A stretch of 38,365 bases of DNA from Candidatus Nanoarchaeia archaeon (GTDB lineage: Archaea; Nanobdellota; Nanobdellia; Woesearchaeales; GW2011-AR9). Shown piece by piece: positions 34,862 through 38,365 of the stretch; positions within the stretch are counted from its first letter, which is position 1; each line of letters begins with the position of its first letter. The notes under the pieces are model-generated. The model was not told where the DNA came from. It made no database searches and saw only the letters and a program-made list of their open reading frames with translations. The translations under genes and the position numbers were made by a program. The DNA lies in NCBI GenBank assembly GCA_035290485.1, contig DATDUF010000084.1, forward strand, positions 1 through 38,365. Direction: 5' to 3'.

Positions 34862-35773
34862 ATGAAAAGCAAAGCATTAGTAATTGGATTGCTGGTAACA
34901 GTTCTTCTGCTAAGTGCTTGCACTCCACTCGTAAAGGAAATAGTTACAATAAAAAGTAATCAAACCATCCAGAATCAATCTGCGGCTGCAGCTCCTCCCA
35001 AGGCAGATAACACCACCCTCAATTACTGTACTGATTTCTGTTACTTCGTGCGCGGAGGAGAAACTTCCAAGCTTGAATTCAATCAAAGCGATAACGGATT
35101 TAACTGTAAATGTTATGATTACGGAAAGAATCTTCTGATAAGCAAAAACATCACCGCTCGAGACTTAGAGTTATATAAAAGAAAAAAAGTGCAGTGGGAA
35201 AATATGCCCATAACCTATCATATCATCAACGAGCAAGATTGCGGCAGTTATGAATCCAGAAAAATTCATCATGCTTTTGAAAATATTGAAAATGCTACTG
35301 ACAAGGTAGTGCAATTTCAGAAAGTTGATAACAAAGAAGATGCCAACATTGAACTGACCTGCAAATTCATCAAAGATTGTTATCAGAAAAAAATCGATAT
35401 CCGTAAAGAAGAAGGCGTCATCTACGAATCTGAAAGCATCTGCAACCATGAAGCGGGAGTTGCCACTATTACCCATTATGAAGGATTCACCATCAAAAAA
35501 GCAACCATTGATCTGATCGGGTTAGCCGGCTTTGCTGAAACTTCTGGCTTTGGCGCATCGGGCTTTTATATTGGCAGCTGCGGACATCCTAGTGTCGAGA
35601 TCCACGAAATTTTGCACACCTTTGGTTTCGGACATACTCCTAGTCCAGAAAGCATCATGTATTATCAAGCTGAATTAGTTCCTTATACTCTATTACAGGA
35701 AGGAGCATGTGTCGGTAGTGAGAAAAAAATAGATCAATCAATTATTGATGATTTATTGTTTGTCTATGGATAG
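34862..35773 (+). CDS. secreted lipoprotein, metzincin-type zinc metalloprotease
   Basis: The signal peptide has the lipobox LLLSAC. HEILHTFGFGH (HExxHxxGxxH) is followed by SIMYY, a candidate Met-turn. Confidence 0.7.
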   Translation: MKSKALVIGLLVTVLLLSACTPLVKEIVTIKSNQTIQNQSAAAAPPKADNTTLNYCTDFCYFVRGGETSKLEFNQSDNGFNCKCYDYGKNLLISKNITARDLELYKRKKVQWENMPITYHIINEQDCGSYESRKIHHAFENIENATDKVVQFQKVDNKEDANIELTCKFIKDCYQKKIDIRKEEGVIYESESICNHEAGVATITHYEGFTIKKATIDLIGLAGFAETSGFGASGFYIGSCGHPSVEIHEILHTFGFGHTPSPESIMYYQAELVPYTLLQEGACVGSEKKIDQSIIDDLLFVYG

Positions 35774-35816
35774 TTCAGAAATCTTTTTAAATCAGCCCTT
35801 GTTCCGTTTTCTACAT

Positions 35817-35891
35817 GCCCTGGTGGTGTAGTCCGGACTATCATACTGCCCTTTCGAGGCGGTGACCCGGGTTCGAATCCCGGCCAGGGCA
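35817..35891 (+). tRNA. tRNA-Glu(UUC), intronless
   Basis: GCCCTGG-TG-GTGT-AGTCCGGACTA-TCAT-A-CTGCC-CTTTCGA-GGCGG-TGAC-CCGGG-TTCGAAT-CCCGG-CCAGGGC-A. No CCA is encoded. Confidence 0.9.
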
Positions 35892-35950
35892 CGTTTTTTC
35901 TTCATAATCCAAACAAAAGTATTATAAAAAACATACTCAATACTCTACCT

Positions 35951-36310
35951 ATGAAAGATAAAGTTATTTTAGGATTGATTGAACACGTTACCGTGCATGG
36001 AAGCAAAGGCAAGGAAGCAGAAGTGTTGGCTCGAGTGGATACCGGTGCTACTTCCTCCTCTATAGACTATACTCTGGCTGGAGAATTGCAGTTAGGTCCG
36101 GTAATTAGTTCTAAGATCGTAAAATCTGCTTCCGGCATTAAAAAAAGACCAACCATCAAAGTTAAAATTACTCTACGAGGAACTAAAATTGACGAAGAAT
36201 TCACTTTAGCCGACCGAAGTCACATGACTTACAGAATATTGTTGGGCCAAAACATTCTCAAAAAAGGAAATTTTCTTATCGATCCTCTGAAGAGAGTTGA
36301 AACCAGATGA
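35951..36310 (+). CDS. retropepsin-like aspartic protease (DUF785/RimB-like, RimK-associated)
   Basis: 119 aa. ARVDTGATSSSI carries the D-T-G active-site triad. Its stop overlaps the rimK start (ATGA). Confidence 0.65.
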   Translation: MKDKVILGLIEHVTVHGSKGKEAEVLARVDTGATSSSIDYTLAGELQLGPVISSKIVKSASGIKKRPTIKVKITLRGTKIDEEFTLADRSHMTYRILLGQNILKKGNFLIDPLKRVETR

Positions 36311-37386
36311 AAGCAGCACTTATTTCCCTCGGAAGCAAAAGTTCGCTTATGACCGGTGAAGCTCTAAAAAAATATTTCGATCAGGTAGAAGTGTTAGAAT
36401 TAAAAAAAATAGAAATTCGTCTGGGAAAAGAAAGCGGTATTTTCTATGAAGGAAAAGCTCTCGATAATTATGATTGTGTCTACGTAAAAGGATCCTTCCG
36501 CTATGCTCATTTGCTCTGTTCTATTGCCTCGATGCTGGAAGGAAAAGTCAGCTATATGCCTCTCCCAGCCAGCACCTTTACGACGGTACATAATAAGCTC
36601 CTCACTCATTTAATTTTACAGCAGCAGAACATTCCCATGCCCCGCACTTATCTTTCCTCTACTACCGAAACTGCCAAGGAATTGCTCAAAAGAGTAAATT
36701 ATCCTATCGTCATGAAATTTCCTGAAGGAACACAAGGTAAAGGAGTTATGTTTGCAGATTCCATCAGTTCAGCCTCCTCCTTGCTAGACGCTTTGGGAGC
36801 TCTCAATCAACCTTTTATCATCCAAGAATACATTGACACCAGCGGAACTGATATCCGTGCTCTGGTGGTGGGCGACAAAGTGGTTGCCGCAATGAGACGA
36901 AAAGCACAGACGGAAGAGAAAAGAGCCAACATCCATGCCGGAGGAACGGGATTGCCCGTACAGTTGAGCAGAGAGATAACCAACCTGGCCATAGCCGCCG
37001 CAAAAGCGCTGAAGGCAGATATCTGCGGCGTTGATATATTAGAAGGCCCAACTGGTCCTCTGGTAGTGGAAGCAAATATCTCTCCGGGATTGCAAGGCCT
37101 GATGGAAGTTACCTCTATCGATCTACCTGATCAAATCGCTAAATTCTTACATCAGAAAACAGAAGAGAACCTGCAGAGCGAAAAGAAGACTGCTACTGAT
37201 AAAGTCATGAAAGAGCTGCAATTAGAAAGCAACGATTCCATCCAGGAAGTAATCACTCATCTGCTTTTCCGCGGCGAACGAATCCTGCTCCCAGAATGGG
37301 TCACCCGTATGAGCCGCTTCAGCGAACAGAAAGAATATACTGTACGTTCTAAGAAAGGGAAACTCGAGATCGAAGAGATGAAATAG
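36307..37386 (+). CDS. rimK: RimK-family ATP-grasp alpha-L-glutamate ligase with C-terminal extension
   Basis: ATP-grasp motifs are present: YPIVMKFPEGTQGKGV, IIQEYID..GTDIRALVVGD, CGVDILE...GPLVVEANISPG. About 70 extra residues follow the ligase core. Confidence 0.8.
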   Translation: MKAALISLGSKSSLMTGEALKKYFDQVEVLELKKIEIRLGKESGIFYEGKALDNYDCVYVKGSFRYAHLLCSIASMLEGKVSYMPLPASTFTTVHNKLLTHLILQQQNIPMPRTYLSSTTETAKELLKRVNYPIVMKFPEGTQGKGVMFADSISSASSLLDALGALNQPFIIQEYIDTSGTDIRALVVGDKVVAAMRRKAQTEEKRANIHAGGTGLPVQLSREITNLAIAAAKALKADICGVDILEGPTGPLVVEANISPGLQGLMEVTSIDLPDQIAKFLHQKTEENLQSEKKTATDKVMKELQLESNDSIQEVITHLLFRGERILLPEWVTRMSRFSEQKEYTVRSKKGKLEIEEMK

Positions 37387-37408
37387 AGAGTAAAAATAAA
37401 AAGTAAAA

Positions 37409-37660
37409 TTATTTCTTAACCAAATCGCTTATATCTTTGCCATCAACGTGAGAATAATATTTTACGCCATTGACTTCAACAAAAATTTCTGGTTGTTCAT
37501 TGCCGAGAACATTTCTTTGAATTAATTGTGGCTTTTGTGTTGAGATTTGGATTAATGCGTTGTATGCACCATAAACACCTAAACCAGTAAAAGAAAGCAT
37601 CATTCCCATTAAGGCCACTTGTTGCCAACTCCAATAATATTTTCTCGTTTCACTTTCCAT
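37409..37660 (-). CDS. hypothetical small membrane protein
   Basis: 83 aa with one TM helix (VALMGMMLSFTGLGVYGAY). Confidence 0.4.
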   Translation of the reverse strand: MESETRKYYWSWQQVALMGMMLSFTGLGVYGAYNALIQISTQKPQLIQRNVLGNEQPEIFVEVNGVKYYSHVDGKDISDLVKK

Positions 37661-37689
37661 AAAAATCCTCCTTTAAAGACAAGTAAAAT

Positions 37690-37956
37690 TTACTTCTTCC
37701 TTCTAACCGACTTGGTTGCTGATTTCAAGGGCATTTCCCGCTTCTGTTTAGGTTTGAACCAAATCAAGTAAATAATTGGCAGCAATCCTGCAGTATTCAA
37801 TAGTAAGATAGCAATGTACCAGCCCTTCTGCTTGTTCTGTGCGGAATGCCATAAGCCGAAGCCCTTCCAGACTAATTCCCAGATGGAAAGCAAAACTAAA
37901 AGTACTAAAAAATTAGCCGGATGCTGATAAAAGTTATACATCATGTCAAGATACAT
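37690..37956 (-). CDS. hypothetical small two-TM membrane protein
   Basis: 88 aa with LVLLVLLSIWELVWKGFGLWHSAQNKQKGWYIAILLLNTAGLLPIIYLIWF and a basic tail. From memory it resembles a small family common in ultra-small archaea and bacteria (DUF5652-like); this is unverified. The ATTTAAAT box lies about 28 nt upstream. Confidence 0.45.
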   Translation of the reverse strand: MYLDMMYNFYQHPANFLVLLVLLSIWELVWKGFGLWHSAQNKQKGWYIAILLLNTAGLLPIIYLIWFKPKQKREMPLKSATKSVRRKK

Positions 37957-38015
37957 ACGTCGAAAAACAACATCTTGCTATTTAAATTTTTGTATTCAGG
38001 AAAATAGTACTAAAT

Positions 38016-38160
38016 GAAAAACCCAGTCGCCCCATTGGGCAGGGTATCTGCTACAAAACCGCTGGCGAGAGATGTGGGGCGTCTTGGTTTTTCGTCCGGA
38101 AAACATAACTGGAAGCAGTATACTACTCAACCGCTGCAAGCAGCGGGGTATGTTTTCCGA
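38016..38160. ncRNA. candidate structured non-coding RNA of unknown class
   Basis: By hand count it is about 53% GC, in an intergenic background of about 20% GC. Helix 1 pairs 38016-38034 with 38075-38093, including CGCCCCA/TGGGGCG. Helix 2 pairs CGGAAAACATA (38097-38107) with TATGTTTTCCG (38149-38159) and is capped by CCGCTG-CAAG-CAGCGG. It has no ORF and does not fold as a tRNA. The strand is unresolved. Confidence 0.35.
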
Positions 38161-38212
38161 AATCAAAAAAGTTAGATTTAAATAGTTATTTTATTTACTA
38201 CCATAAAAAGAG

Positions 38213-38365
38213 ATGGCAACTAATACATTTTCTCGGCATCATGCACTGGTGGTTGCGTTATTATTATTTGTCCTGATTTTAGGCGTCACTGCTTATGTTC
38301 TGCAGCGTAATGAAGGTATTAAAACAGTAGCAGGAGAGGCATTTCGGCAGAGAGCTAGTCCTCCT
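38213..38365 (+). CDS. partial ORF, N-terminal TM protein (runs off the window)
   Basis: The ATG at 38213 opens MATNTFSRHHALVVALLLFVLILGVTAYVLQRNEG..., which is open to the window end. An ATTTAAATA box lies about 30 nt upstream. Confidence 0.3.
   Translation, partial: MATNTFSRHHALVVALLLFVLILGVTAYVLQRNEGIKTVAGEAFRQRASPP

Noticed and set aside
38094-38120. GTCCGGAA...GGAAGCAG resemblance to the SRP RNA helix 8 motif
   Set aside because: The GGAA cannot form a closed tetraloop here. These bases are instead sequestered in an 11-bp helix with 38149-38159. The island is only about 145 nt and lacks the rest of an archaeal SRP RNA, so the match is likely chance.
1-38365. CRISPR arrays, rRNA genes, transposases, integrases, and direct repeats flanking the tRNA genes
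   Set aside because: None were found on either strand. No repeat-spacer periodicity is visible. The tRNA 3' halves are not duplicated nearby, so there is no evidence for an integrated element at the tRNA loci.

Overview
This is a compact archaeal chromosomal window. The evidence is EF-1alpha, EF-2 with the diphthamide-site His, eL24, eS28, L7Ae, uS10, SecE, Spt5, FtsZ, proteasome beta, aCPSF1, and tRNA genes with bulge-helix-bulge introns. A minus-strand translation supercluster (L7Ae, S28e, L24e, ndk, EF-2, EF-1alpha, S10) sits among housekeeping genes: glmS, pgk, cmk, msrA and two DEAD-box helicases. Several modules look bacterial: BolA plus monothiol glutaredoxin, RNase D, RimK plus a retropepsin-like protease, DUF444, and a J-domain protein. 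The small genes, low GC and this mix resemble a DPANN-type archaeon (Woesearchaeota-like), but that is inference only. I saw no CRISPR array, rRNA, transposase or integrase. The main signals beyond standard annotation are listed below.
1. A tRNA-Thr(UGU) gene split by two introns, one inside the T-loop, and a tRNA-Ser(UGA) with a 52-nt intron.
2. A ~40-nt hairpin and palindrome element present twice, with compensatory stem changes, upstream of the surface-glycoprotein gene and of a GTPase gene.
3. A consensus K-turn in the predicted 5' leader of the L7Ae operon.
4. A DEAD-box helicase, J-domain protein, DEAD-box helicase cluster with a TAATG stop/start overlap.
5. A GC-rich, two-helix candidate ncRNA of unknown class near the 3' end of the window.
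6. Arg/Gly/Ser-rich tails on three RNA-binding proteins, including ribosomal protein S28e.
All calls come from reading the ORF translations and hand-folding the sequence. No database search was run.
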